Below are positions 15,527 through 25,356 of a DNA stretch of 59,401 nucleotides, in pieces. This DNA comes from a virus. Location: positions 1-59,401 of IMG/VR virus record IMGVR_UViG_3300002038_000009. The stretch is one strand, 5' to 3'. Positions within the stretch are counted from its first letter, which is position 1. Each line of letters opens with the position of its first letter. The position numbers and the translations under genes were made by a program. The notes below the pieces were generated by a model, which did not search any database, had not been told where the DNA came from, and saw nothing but the letters and a program-made list of their open reading frames with translations.

Positions 15527-17582
15527 TTTCGCTACGGCTAAAGAAACGCTGTTACCGGTTGTTGATATTGTACGTCCGCCTAAACGTCTTACAGTAACTG
15601 AGTGTGCCGAAGAGTATGTTTATTTAAAAGACGAGTCTTACACGGGTTATTATCCATCCGCACTGGCACCCTTGATGGGAGAGCCCGCGGATTGCCTGAC
15701 ATCACGTTACTTCGATAGTGTGATACTAGCCGCCGGAGTACAGAACGGTAAAACACAATCAGTCATATTAAATGGCGCAGCGCATAAAATTGTTGCTGAC
15801 CCGATGGATGTGATGATTGTAGAAAAAGATATGGCTTCGGCCAATGACTTCTCTGTTAGAAGACTTGATCGAATGCTTAACAACTCTCCTAAGTTAAAGG
15901 AGTTGTTACTGCCGGGCAGGACCAGCGACACAGTTTTTAGAAAGAAGTTTAAATCAGGCCAGTTACTTAATGTAGGCTGGCCTAGTCGAAATCAGTTAGC
16001 CGGTAAGCCCATCGGGTTTATGTTGGGGACCGACTACGATCGGTGGCCAGATGATGTAGGAGGCGAGGGATCTGGTTTTGATCAGATGAAGAAGCGTACC
16101 ACTACATACATGAGTAAAGCCATGTGTGCAGTAGAAAGTACACCATCTAAAGAAGTAGAAGACCCCAAGTGGCAGGCTAAGGAGGAGTTTCCTCATGAGG
16201 CGCCGCCAACAAGGGGTATATTAGGGTTATATAATACAGGTGACCGGCGCATGGTCTACGCCAAGTGCCCTCACTGTGAAGAGTATTTTTGTCCTAGTCC
16301 GAACCCTGATGAAACCCTTTTCCTACCGGAAGCGGACAGTGTTGAGGAAAGGGCAGACCAGATAGCCTTGATCTGCAGCAACTGCGAAGGACACATCACT
16401 CTGCACCATGAACGTGAGTTTAGAAGCACTGCGGTCTGGTTAAAAGAGGGGCAGACGATAGACAGTGACGGTACCATAAGAGGAGAGGGCCGTAAGTCCA
16501 GACGCGCCAGTTTCTGGTGTGCCGGGTGGTTCGCATCCTTTAACAGTTGGTACGAGATTGCACTGACATACGCTCGAGCGGAAGATCAGTACATAAGGTC
16601 TGGTGACGAAGAGGCATTAAAGAACTGCTATAACCAAGAGTTTGTTTATCCTTACATACCTAAGTCTAGGCGCTCGAGAGCCGCTAATTACGACATACTG
16701 AAAGACAGGTCACTGGATAATGATCGGTTCACCGTACCAGAGGGTGTCCGTACTATCTTAACCAGCGTGGATGTTCAAGGCGGTAAGAACTCTCGCTTTG
16801 AGGTAGGGGTGTTCGGATTGGGGGCAGAGAATAGATTATGGCCTATGGACAGGTACGCGATTCGTGAGACTGACCGAAGTGGCACGACCGACAGGGTTCA
16901 GCCCTCTGTTTATGAAGAAGACTGGGATCTGTTAAACGCTAAAATCACCGCTACCTTTAAAATATCGGACGGGAGCGAATTGATGAACCACTACCTTGTA
17001 GTGGACTGCGGCGGCGAACCGGGTGTTTATGACAACGCCTTGAACTGGTACCGTTCCTTGAAGCCTGAGCTACAGAACAAGTGTTACCTCGTTAGAGGTC
17101 AAGGTGGTGAAGCGGTCAAGAAAAAAATTAAAGAAAATAACGATAAAGTTATTTTAAGTTGGCCTGACAGTAGAGAGCAGTCTAACAGAAAGGTTTCTAG
17201 TAAAGGTGATGTACCTGTACTAATGATCAACACAGATCGTTTTAAAGACGACATTATGGGTCAGTTAGAAAGAGACTTCGATGGATGGGGATATGTTCAG
17301 TTTCCTCGATACTATAAAGATATCCATTACGAGGAACTACTTAACTCTGAGATTCGAGAGCCTCATGGGTGGGAGCCTATAAGGGGTAAGGCAAACGAGA
17401 CCCTAGATTTGTTCGTTTATGCACTTGCGATATGGCACCATTTAGGAGGTCATGATATCAACTGGCAGAGGCCACCGCTATGGGCTGCCGAACTAGATAA
17501 AAATAGTAATGTGGTCACGTCCGGCGTGAGACGCCAAATTAAAAAACGTCCCTATAGGAGAGTACACAATGCCGGTCGATAA
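15510..17582 (+). CDS. terminase large subunit, lambda GpA-like
   Basis: 690 aa. Walker-A-like AAGVQNGKTQS, a CPHCEEY...CSNCEGH zinc-finger-like pair, and lambda gene order (A-W-B-C-D-E). Confidence 0.8.
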   Translation: MTHQHSFATAKETLLPVVDIVRPPKRLTVTECAEEYVYLKDESYTGYYPSALAPLMGEPADCLTSRYFDSVILAAGVQNGKTQSVILNGAAHKIVADPMDVMIVEKDMASANDFSVRRLDRMLNNSPKLKELLLPGRTSDTVFRKKFKSGQLLNVGWPSRNQLAGKPIGFMLGTDYDRWPDDVGGEGSGFDQMKKRTTTYMSKAMCAVESTPSKEVEDPKWQAKEEFPHEAPPTRGILGLYNTGDRRMVYAKCPHCEEYFCPSPNPDETLFLPEADSVEERADQIALICSNCEGHITLHHEREFRSTAVWLKEGQTIDSDGTIRGEGRKSRRASFWCAGWFASFNSWYEIALTYARAEDQYIRSGDEEALKNCYNQEFVYPYIPKSRRSRAANYDILKDRSLDNDRFTVPEGVRTILTSVDVQGGKNSRFEVGVFGLGAENRLWPMDRYAIRETDRSGTTDRVQPSVYEEDWDLLNAKITATFKISDGSELMNHYLVVDCGGEPGVYDNALNWYRSLKPELQNKCYLVRGQGGEAVKKKIKENNDKVILSWPDSREQSNRKVSSKGDVPVLMINTDRFKDDIMGQLERDFDGWGYVQFPRYYKDIHYEELLNSEIREPHGWEPIRGKANETLDLFVYALAIWHHLGGHDINWQRPPLWAAELDKNSNVVTSGVRRQIKKRPYRRVHNAGR

Positions 17583-17790
17583 CTACACACATGAAGATTT
17601 ACGGTACCTGCAGGAAGCAATTGCAGCCGGTGAATTGAAGTCTAAGCATCAGGACAGGTTTGTTCAGTATCGAGATCTAGATGAAATGTTAAGAATTGAA
17701 CAACGCATGATCCAATCACTTAAGGCTCAGGAAGCCCCCTCTAGACCTGAGCGAAAGAGTTTTCGTTTGTGTGTTGATTCGGGATTATAA
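17569..17790 (+). CDS. gpW-like head-tail joining protein
   Basis: 73 aa, located between the large terminase and the portal as in lambda. Confidence 0.5.
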   Translation: MPVDNYTHEDLRYLQEAIAAGELKSKHQDRFVQYRDLDEMLRIEQRMIQSLKAQEAPSRPERKSFRLCVDSGL

Positions 17791-17792
17791 GA

Positions 17793-19286
17793 ATGGTATC
17801 GATTGTAGACACAGGGGGAAGACCCCTAAGACAGATGGGACGCGCTACCCATAATGTAGCGGCATCTCGCGGCAAGCGTTCTACAGTAATGACTGGTCGG
17901 TCATCTGGACCGAACTCAGCCGTTAACCCAGAGTTGCCACGTGTTCGTAACCGTGCCAGAGATGCGGTAAGGAACAGTCCTTATATTGGTAACGCCTTAC
18001 GAGCCTTGGTTAAACATGAGGTAGGTACCGGCATTACTTGCCGCTTTCAGGTTGAAGACGAGTCACTTCAAGAACACTTGACGGAAGCTTGGAAGGAGAG
18101 TCTTCCCAACATGTTTAGTGAAGGCATAGGCCACTTTTATGCGGGCCAGCGCCTTGGTAGTCGCGGTCGCAATGAATCAGGAGAGGTGTTTTTACGCCGT
18201 CGCAGGCGTCCAGCTAGATCAATGGCGGGCGTTCCTATTCAGGTTCAAATGCTGGAGTCGGATCTATTAGACACTACTTACAATGCGGAACTAACTAATA
18301 ACAATTATATCCGTGCGGGTATCGAGCTAAACACTCGCGGAGACAGAGTAGCTTACCATTTCTTTAAACAGCATCCTGATGACCTCCAAGGAACCTTTAG
18401 TTCTAACGCACAGCGTGTCCGTATACTGGCCAAGGATGTAGTTCACCACTACATACCGATGCGGCCCGGACAGCTTCGTGGTATGCCTATTGCTTCCCCT
18501 GCGTTATTTAAGAACGCTAACTTAGAAGCATATGATGATTATGAACTGGAGCGTAAAAAGAATCACGCTTCTTTCACTGGTACTATTGAACGTGAAGCTC
18601 GCTATGACACTAAAGGGGTTCAGATAGACCCTATAACAGGTGAGCGGTTTGATCCAGATATGGAGATACCTGATGTTAATTTCACTGCAGGTGTTATTAC
18701 TCAGTTAGGTGATGGTGAGAAGCTGCAGTTGTTTGATGCTGAGAAAGGCGGGGAGTTTTACGCTGATTACATGCGCCAACAACTCATGTCTATATCTTCA
18801 GCTTTTGGTGTTCCTTATGAGTTGGTTACGGGCGACTGGAAAGAAGTTAATGACCGTATATTACGCGCCATTCTGAATGATTTCCAACGAGAGATTGAGG
18901 CCATTCAGGAGATCTACCTGATAACCCAATTGTGTCAGTCTACCTTGGCTTGGTGGATGGATGCGGGTGTGTTGTCTGGACGACTACAACTACCTGACTA
19001 TGCTGACCGAAGATCTGAGTACTTAGAAGTCGATTGGCGCCCACAAGGATGGGCATATGTGCATCCGTTACAAGATGCTCAGGCCGCTGCTCTTAGAATT
19101 GAGACAGACCTGAGTACTCATGAAAAAGAGGCACGTAAACATAATGTTGATTCGGATAAGGCACTTCAAGAAAATGTTGCGCATATGGCACGTAAGCAAG
19201 AGCTGATGAAGGAAAACGGCATTGAAACACCTACCGAAACCGATAAAGAAGAGGACACGAATGAAGTATCTAAAACTGGCGAGTAG
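17793..19286 (+). CDS. portal protein, lambda family
   Basis: 497 aa. Position and size match lambda gpB-type portals, with an acidic C-terminus. Confidence 0.8.
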   Translation: MVSIVDTGGRPLRQMGRATHNVAASRGKRSTVMTGRSSGPNSAVNPELPRVRNRARDAVRNSPYIGNALRALVKHEVGTGITCRFQVEDESLQEHLTEAWKESLPNMFSEGIGHFYAGQRLGSRGRNESGEVFLRRRRRPARSMAGVPIQVQMLESDLLDTTYNAELTNNNYIRAGIELNTRGDRVAYHFFKQHPDDLQGTFSSNAQRVRILAKDVVHHYIPMRPGQLRGMPIASPALFKNANLEAYDDYELERKKNHASFTGTIEREARYDTKGVQIDPITGERFDPDMEIPDVNFTAGVITQLGDGEKLQLFDAEKGGEFYADYMRQQLMSISSAFGVPYELVTGDWKEVNDRILRAILNDFQREIEAIQEIYLITQLCQSTLAWWMDAGVLSGRLQLPDYADRRSEYLEVDWRPQGWAYVHPLQDAQAAALRIETDLSTHEKEARKHNVDSDKALQENVAHMARKQELMKENGIETPTETDKEEDTNEVSKTGE

Positions 19287-20616
19287 ACTATTTAACACAC
19301 CTCTTTTGGTAGAGGAGTCGTATCTAGCTACCTTCGTAGCTGCGTTTGCGGGTCAAGATCCTAAACTAGAAGTAGGTACCATAACAATGAGTGATGGATC
19401 AGGCTTGAGCCCTGAACAAGCACTAGAAGGTGCTCCAATTCGAGCACAAGTTGTTGGCTACCGTATTCATGGGGGCGTGGCAGTTATACCAGTGAGTGGG
19501 GCGTTAGTTAATAAAGGGTCCTACCTACCTACCGAGTCCGGTATGCAGGGGTACAACGGTATCCTAACAATGTTCTCGCAAGCACTGGATGATCCAAGTG
19601 TGGAATCGATTGTGCTAGACATTGATTCCCCCGGTGGAGAAGTAGCGGGCTGTTTCGATCTTTGTAGATTGGTTGCCGCCTCTAGAGATGAGAAGCCTAT
19701 TGTGGCGTTTGTCGGAGAACAAGCTACGTCAGCAGCTTATGCTATCGCTTCCGCCGCGGAAACAATTTATGTACCTCAGACAGGTATGGTCGGATCGATC
19801 GGTGTACTCGTAGCACACCAAGACTTCTCGAAGAAATTAAGCAAAGTCGGGATTAAGGTAACCTTGATCCACTCGGGCGAACACAAAGTGGATGGAAACC
19901 CCTTTGAGGCACTGCCCTCCACAGTTAAAGAAAATATTCAGGACCGCATCGACTCTACACGACAAATGTTCGCAGAACTTGTCGCAGAGAATCGATCCAT
20001 GTCTGTTGAATCAGTCTTGGCAACCGAGGCCCAGACTTACGAAGGCGCTACAGCAGTAGATATTGGCTTAGCGGACGAAATTATGTCATTTAACGAGGTT
20101 ATTGAGACTATGAGTAAAAATAAAGATGCTGGCAACGTGTCATTAGATGCGCAGGCCACTATGAAGAATGAAGATTCGGAGCCGTTGTTGGAAGATACAC
20201 AGCCTACCGAAGAAGCCAAGGAAGCCGCTCCCGAAACTAAAGAGCTGGCTGTCGAGGAAGGTAACGTAGAAGCGGTTCTTTTTGACGCATTAGCCGTTAC
20301 TGAGCTTTGTGAAAAAGCTGAAGCCGGACACTTGGTTGCCACCTTCATTAAAGATCAGGCTACGTCAGAGCAGGTTGAAAAGTCTCTTGCGCAGCTTACT
20401 GAATTACGCGGCAAATTAGTTGCTGCGGAGATGACACCTGAGCAAGTTGCTCGTGTCGAAGCGCATTTCGATTCACCCGCGAACTTGGCGGCTGCCGTTA
20501 TAGCAGAGTCAAAGGCAGAGGACGCGGAGATTCGGGGTACTATCACTTCCCGTGGGGAAGGACAATCTGAGACCAAGAAGGGAGTTAACTTTTATGACTT
20601 CCAACAAACGTCTTAA
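19261..20616 (+). CDS. S49 (SppA/ClpP-like) prohead protease with a C-terminal Ala/Glu-rich scaffold-like domain
   Basis: VLDIDSPGGEV and SAAYAIASAA motifs. ATG 19261 has a GAGGA RBS (the ORF track starts at 19222). The C-terminal 170 aa is coiled and acidic, like lambda C/Nu3. Confidence 0.8.
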   Translation: MKYLKLASRLFNTPLLVEESYLATFVAAFAGQDPKLEVGTITMSDGSGLSPEQALEGAPIRAQVVGYRIHGGVAVIPVSGALVNKGSYLPTESGMQGYNGILTMFSQALDDPSVESIVLDIDSPGGEVAGCFDLCRLVAASRDEKPIVAFVGEQATSAAYAIASAAETIYVPQTGMVGSIGVLVAHQDFSKKLSKVGIKVTLIHSGEHKVDGNPFEALPSTVKENIQDRIDSTRQMFAELVAENRSMSVESVLATEAQTYEGATAVDIGLADEIMSFNEVIETMSKNKDAGNVSLDAQATMKNEDSEPLLEDTQPTEEAKEAAPETKELAVEEGNVEAVLFDALAVTELCEKAEAGHLVATFIKDQATSEQVEKSLAQLTELRGKLVAAEMTPEQVARVEAHFDSPANLAAAVIAESKAEDAEIRGTITSRGEGQSETKKGVNFYDFQQTS

Positions 20617-20645
20617 TTTTAATAATAACGAACGGAGAATAAATT

Positions 20646-20993
20646 ATGCCTGTTCTTAATGAACCAAACCACACTGGGGAGTTTATTGTTACTGAATCAA
20701 ACGGCTACCGCTCACGCGGTGAAGGCCAAGTTGCTTCTGGTAATGATCTGGTAGCTGGAGCTGTAGTTCAACTAACTGGTGGCGAGTATGTCCCAGTTGT
20801 GGATGCTGCAACAGACCCTGTTGGGGTACTTTACGCCGCTGTAGATGCTACATCTGCCGCAACCGATGGTGTATTCCTTGTACGTGATGCTGAAGTTACA
20901 CGAGCACGACTAACCTTCCCTGCAGGCTTTGATACTGCTCAGGAAGATGCAGTTGCTGATCGCCTTGTAGCTGAAGGCATTAAAGTAGTTTAA
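20646..20993 (+). CDS. head decoration protein (gpD-like)
   Basis: 115 aa, immediately upstream of the major capsid gene. Confidence 0.65.
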   Translation: MPVLNEPNHTGEFIVTESNGYRSRGEGQVASGNDLVAGAVVQLTGGEYVPVVDAATDPVGVLYAAVDATSAATDGVFLVRDAEVTRARLTFPAGFDTAQEDAVADRLVAEGIKVV

Positions 20994-21013
20994 CCTGTTA
21001 GGAGAATAATATT

Positions 21014-22024
21014 ATGGCTTTACCTGACGTATTTAATGGTGACTTATTCAAATTGCAGGAATTGACTGCTGCGATCAAGGACATCACCTATACCCCTTCG
21101 CGAGTACAAGAGATGAATCTTTTCTCTGCGCAAGGAATCCGAACGACTTCTGTTGTGATCGACTTCGGTGTTGACTCTGTTAACATCGTTCCCGCGGCTG
21201 AACGTGGTGCTACACCAAGTACAGTTGTTGGCGACAAGTACAGTTCTCGTCCCTTTTCTACCGTTCACTTGCCACAGCGTTCAAACGTAATGGCGGATGA
21301 AGTGCAAGAGGTCCGCTTGTTCGGAACCGAGGACAGCACTAAAGGCGTGGAGATGGTAATCAACCAGCACCTCAGTAAGCACAAGCGCAACCTTATGCTT
21401 ACTAAAGAGAACCACATGTTCGGCGCGATCAAAGGACAAATCCTTGATGCCGACAGTAGCGTTCTTTTAGATATCCACGCTGAGATGGGTACTACTCCCG
21501 CTGAGTTCGACATGGAGTTGGATGACGACACAGTTAAGATGCAGAACAAGGTTGTTGAGCTTAAGCGAACAATTGACGATGCACTTGACGGCGTACCGTA
21601 CAGCCAGATCCACGTACTCTGTGGTAAAGGCTTTTTCGATGCCTTCGTTGGCCACGCTAAAGTGGAAGAGAGCTGGTTACGTTTCTCAAGTTCTTCAATG
21701 CTTCGCGATGATCTACGACGCGGCTTCACCTACGGTGGAGTTACTTTCGAAGAGTACCGTCCGGGCGCTGGCGTCACTATTCGTGACAACGAAGCTTGGG
21801 CCGTTCCGATGGGTGTGTCTGACATGTTCATCGCACGCTATGCTCCGGCCGATTACGTGGAGACTGTCAATACTGTAGGTATTGAGATGTACACGAAGGC
21901 AGAAGCGATGGACTTCGACAAAGGTGTTGTTCTAGAGAGCCAAGCTAACTGGCTACACCTAAACACGCGACCAAATGCTGTTATTCGACTTGGCCTGAAC
22001 CAAGCTGAAGTAGACGCAGTATAG
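21014..22024 (+). CDS. major capsid protein (lambda gpE-like)
   Basis: 336 aa, with the MALPDVFNGDLFKLQELTAAI N-terminus typical of the capsid protein E family. Synteny supports the call. Confidence 0.85.
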   Translation: MALPDVFNGDLFKLQELTAAIKDITYTPSRVQEMNLFSAQGIRTTSVVIDFGVDSVNIVPAAERGATPSTVVGDKYSSRPFSTVHLPQRSNVMADEVQEVRLFGTEDSTKGVEMVINQHLSKHKRNLMLTKENHMFGAIKGQILDADSSVLLDIHAEMGTTPAEFDMELDDDTVKMQNKVVELKRTIDDALDGVPYSQIHVLCGKGFFDAFVGHAKVEESWLRFSSSSMLRDDLRRGFTYGGVTFEEYRPGAGVTIRDNEAWAVPMGVSDMFIARYAPADYVETVNTVGIEMYTKAEAMDFDKGVVLESQANWLHLNTRPNAVIRLGLNQAEVDAV

Positions 22025-22031
22025 TAGTCAC

Positions 22032-22343
22032 GTGGGTAGACGCCGAGAAAAAAGGGTAGCTTTGAGTGTATTTAGGCACCACAGTTACCCCGGCGTCTAC
22101 GAGGATAGAGACGGAAAGACTTGTCGTGTTCGCTACATAGATCAGCATATGATTGATCTAGAAGGGGAGTACGATGAGTCTGTCTTGCAAGCGGATATGA
22201 TACAGGTGTTGACTAGGGAACTGCCTAGGCACGACACCTCTAGAAGTAAGCTTACTTCCTTGGAGACCGAACAGGTGTATAACCTAGGAAGAGAAGTGAA
22301 GGATGACGGGTACATTCGTACCATTGAAGTACAGAAAGAATAA
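22032..22343 (+). CDS. head completion/connector protein candidate (FII-like by position)
   Basis: 103 aa, GTG start, first gene after the capsid gene. Confidence 0.5.
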   Translation: MGRRREKRVALSVFRHHSYPGVYEDRDGKTCRVRYIDQHMIDLEGEYDESVLQADMIQVLTRELPRHDTSRSKLTSLETEQVYNLGREVKDDGYIRTIEVQKE

Positions 22344-22897
22344 TGTTTGCTTTCCGAGCCTCGGATCAGGCACGACTACGAACTATTTATGGCTCTGATG
22401 CGGTCCTAGATGTTAGTCGCAGAGCCTTGTTTGACACAGGTAAAAAAACTAGGACTGAGATAAGTAAACAAGTCAGGAACGTATTTAACGTTACTGCCGG
22501 TAAAGTAAAAGAGAAGTCGTTCGTTTTTCGCCAACGAGGTAACTCATCAGAAGTAAATATAGGTTACCGGGATTTCCGCCCTAATTTAGGACGCTTCGCA
22601 ACCGGTGCTAAGCGTAATGCCCGCGTGAAAATCAAGAAGGGACGCGGAGTTAAGACAGTACGCGGAGGGTTTAGGATTGAGAAGTTTGGTAGTCTCATAT
22701 GGAAGAGGTTGACACCACAAGAGGCTCAGTCCAGCAGGTACCGCAACCGTAAGATTAAGATAAAAGTATTACGTACAATAGCGGTTCCTGAGATGGTTCG
22801 CGCCACCTCAAACACACGCGAGCTACAGCAGACTATTCAAAAAACATTTGATCAGAGATTTGATCATCATTTCAGACGACGGTTGGGGTTACGCTAA
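22343..22897 (+). CDS. tail completion protein candidate (gpZ / HK97 gp10-like by position)
   Basis: 184 aa, basic. ATGA-type coupling. Confidence 0.5.
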   Translation: MFAFRASDQARLRTIYGSDAVLDVSRRALFDTGKKTRTEISKQVRNVFNVTAGKVKEKSFVFRQRGNSSEVNIGYRDFRPNLGRFATGAKRNARVKIKKGRGVKTVRGGFRIEKFGSLIWKRLTPQEAQSSRYRNRKIKIKVLRTIAVPEMVRATSNTRELQQTIQKTFDQRFDHHFRRRLGLR

Positions 22898-23304
22898 TGT
22901 TGGATTCGTTTAAGTTACAAGAAGAAACAGCAGCCGCCATGCTGAAATATTTTAAGATCTACGAGCTAGCTAATTTCATGGAGGCCTCTGAGTCGGATAT
23001 GAAAGAGGTGCCCGCCGCATTTATGGTTCCTTTTACGGAGGACCCTAGAGGGGAAACCTTTAACGCTATGACCGATCAGGCCGCTGATCATGTTGTGGGC
23101 ATAACCATCATTTCTCGAGCGGAGCGACTTAGAGAGGCACGTCGCCATGCCCATTCAGTATTCGTAGGGCACCGTCCCCACCCCGAAGAAATAGATATTC
23201 CGTTCCATGCCATGTTGTGGCACGGCGGGGAAATTAAACTCATCCGAGGCGCTAACATGGTCTGGATGGACTTGTATAGAACATACACACTAGGAGGCTG
23301 CTAA
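22897..23304 (+). CDS. tail terminator candidate (gpU-like by position)
   Basis: 135 aa, immediately upstream of the major tail region. Confidence 0.5.
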   Translation: MLDSFKLQEETAAAMLKYFKIYELANFMEASESDMKEVPAAFMVPFTEDPRGETFNAMTDQAADHVVGITIISRAERLREARRHAHSVFVGHRPHPEEIDIPFHAMLWHGGEIKLIRGANMVWMDLYRTYTLGGC

Positions 23305-23498
23305 TGCCAATAATTTATCGTAACGAAAAAGGAGACCTTGTTAAGAAGGGTTCCAACGGCTGCACTGATTGTGGTCTTCCCGGTACCAATGAGAAGGTAC
23401 TTGACGAGTCGGTTGAGGAGTCAATCGTTTCAAACACTAAAGCCGAGTCTAAAAACAAGGCATCTACCAAGAAAGAGGTAATTAACGATGACGATTAG
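23304..23498 (+). CDS. hypothetical protein (64 aa)
   Basis: ORF track. Confidence 0.55.
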   Translation: MPIIYRNEKGDLVKKGSNGCTDCGLPGTNEKVLDESVEESIVSNTKAESKNKASTKKEVINDDD

Positions 23499-24486
23499 TA
23501 TTAACGAGCGTTCCAAAGCGCTTTACGCAGAAGTGCAAGCGGCTGTAGGGGTTAAAGAAACCTTCGACGCTACTGATATTTTGCGTACATCTAACCTGCA
23601 AGCCGCTATCTACGACGGCGACACTACTACTATTAACTATGATGGTGGTACAGGCCGTAACGATGTAGAGCGACACACAACCTTCTACAACAAGTTCAGC
23701 TTTGAAGCTGACCTGATCGGTGGCGGTGACGCTGGCGGCGGCGCAATTGATCCTCCTCCAATGGCTGACATCATTCGCGCTTGCGGATACGATATGGATG
23801 TATCCACACCCGGCGAAGTGGTTTTCACCATGGCGGACAGAGCTAATATCGATGTTGCGTCATTAGGAATGGTACGTACTGTAGAGACTAACTCTCCGGG
23901 TGATTTCCGAGTGTATCGCTACGATACATTGAATGCCCGTGGACAGTTAGGTATTAGCTTGAGTGACGACCGACCTAAGTTTGTTGTTACAGATATGACA
24001 GGTGTTTACGAGCGACCTGTTGATGTTACTAGCACGCCTCTAGGTACTGAAGTACCTGCGCTAACCGCAGCGCCAGTTACATTCACGAATGGTGCGTTTA
24101 ACACACTTACGTTTAACGGAGAGTCACTATGTACACACGCCTTCACCATCCCATCACTTGGATGGTCTGTGGTACCTGTAGACAAGCCCAACTGTGATGA
24201 CGTTACGTTACAGGAACAAAAAGTCGTGATCGATATCACGTTCAAGCAACTTGATTGGACAGCCAACGGTAATCCATTTGAGTGGGCCGAGGATCATGAG
24301 AACGCAAACTACTACCCGCTAGTACTTAGTATGGACGATCGTATTGGCCATATCTGTAAGATCAATGCTACGGGCCGTATGATGAACGTACAAGAGGTTG
24401 CATTAGAAGATGGAAACGTAGGTGTTCAAGCACAAATTGAAGTGCAAGATAACCTACTTGATTTTGGTTTCTACTCTACTGTTTAA
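23488..24486 (+). CDS. major tail protein candidate
   Basis: 332 aa. Followed by a strong hairpin terminator and then the chaperone pair and tape measure. Confidence 0.65.
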   Translation: MTISINERSKALYAEVQAAVGVKETFDATDILRTSNLQAAIYDGDTTTINYDGGTGRNDVERHTTFYNKFSFEADLIGGGDAGGGAIDPPPMADIIRACGYDMDVSTPGEVVFTMADRANIDVASLGMVRTVETNSPGDFRVYRYDTLNARGQLGISLSDDRPKFVVTDMTGVYERPVDVTSTPLGTEVPALTAAPVTFTNGAFNTLTFNGESLCTHAFTIPSLGWSVVPVDKPNCDDVTLQEQKVVIDITFKQLDWTANGNPFEWAEDHENANYYPLVLSMDDRIGHICKINATGRMMNVQEVALEDGNVGVQAQIEVQDNLLDFGFYSTV

Positions 24487-24498
24487 GTAGTGTAGGGT

Positions 24499-24540
24499 GG
24501 CAGGATGTTGTTGACCGTGACATCCTGCCACAACTTTTTA
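24499..24540 (+). terminator. Rho-independent (probably partial) terminator after the major tail gene
   Basis: 10-bp stem GGCAGGATGT / ACATCCTGCC, followed by ACAACTTTTTA. Confidence 0.7.
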
Positions 24541-24568
24541 CGGTCAACAAACGGTAAACGGTGAAGTT

Positions 24569-24991
24569 ATGAGTAAATTAAATATTCTTGGATTTGAAGA
24601 ACACGTTAACATTCCAGTAACAGTTGAGCTACTAGATGACGAGACAGTAGAGTTCGTTGCTAAGTTCAAACGTATGGATCGCAAGAAACTAGAGAAGGTT
24701 GTTAAGGAAGCGCAGGCGCGAGCGGTTGAAGCACGTGACCTAGAGTCTAAGAAAATAATCGCAGAGGGCGCTGAGAAGAAGGCACTGACCAAGAAGATAG
24801 ATAAGCTTAACTCAGAAAGTAATGATACGTTAATTGATGGTATCGTTGATTGGAGTGAATTTTATGATATCGATGAGAACGAGGTTCCTTTCTCTAAGGC
24901 AACTCTTAAACAATTACTTGACCACCCTGCTTTCCTAAGGGCACTCGATGCGGCCTTCTGGCGTGCCACAGGCGAACGCATAAAAAACTAG
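24569..24991 (+). CDS. tail assembly chaperone (gpG-like)
   Basis: 140 aa directly upstream of the tape measure. Ends at a slippery heptamer. Confidence 0.75.
   Translation: MSKLNILGFEEHVNIPVTVELLDDETVEFVAKFKRMDRKKLEKVVKEAQARAVEARDLESKKIIAEGAEKKALTKKIDKLNSESNDTLIDGIVDWSEFYDIDENEVPFSKATLKQLLDHPAFLRALDAAFWRATGERIKN
24982..24988 (+). promoter_or_regulatory. -1 programmed frameshift slippery heptamer A_AAA_AAC
   Basis: In the zero frame this reads ATA AAA AAC TAG. The -1 frame is open from here to 25356. Confidence 0.65.
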
Positions 24992-25356
24992 AACAGGCTG
25001 GCCTCTACCTTGGAGGTGCAGCCGTTAACATTAACCTAGAGAAGCAACTGGATGCTGAGTTAGAAGAGGCTGTGATCATGGGCGCTCATCGTGAGACGTA
25101 CATGGCTCAGCAAATAGAACGGGACAGTATAACAGACTACGAATTGTTCGCTGAAAATATCCCGGCCTATAATTTATTCCAAGAAGTACAGACGCAGTTC
25201 CGATACGTGGCAGGGCAGAAGTTAATACCTACCGGTTTGGATTATTCAGGTGTGGAAGCGCATCTTAACATTCTTTACGAACAGGATGATATACCCGATT
25301 TAATGAAAGACTTACAAGTTATTGAAAGAGCTTACTTAAAGGCGATGCATGACTAG
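24988..25356 (+). CDS. gpT-like extension, expressed as a G-T fusion by -1 frameshift (the ORF track shows only 25072-25356)
   Basis: The -1 frame reads ...LEQAGLYLGGAAVNINLEKQLDAELEEAVIMGAHR... with no stop from 24988. It overlaps the tape measure start. Confidence 0.6.
   Translation, partial: LEQAGLYLGGAAVNINLEKQLDAELEEAVIMGAHRETYMAQQIERDSITDYELFAENIPAYNLFQEVQTQFRYVAGQKLIPTGLDYSGVEAHLNILYEQDDIPDLMKDLQVIERAYLKAMHD

Noticed and set aside
21265-21729. 154-aa minus-strand ORF inside the major capsid gene, and similar antisense ORFs in the terminase, protease, tail and helicase genes (for example 43744-44238 and 26215-26745)
   Set aside because: They lie entirely within well-supported long genes on the opposite strand. 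They are Ser/Arg/Leu-rich, as is typical of antisense frames, and have no independent signals.
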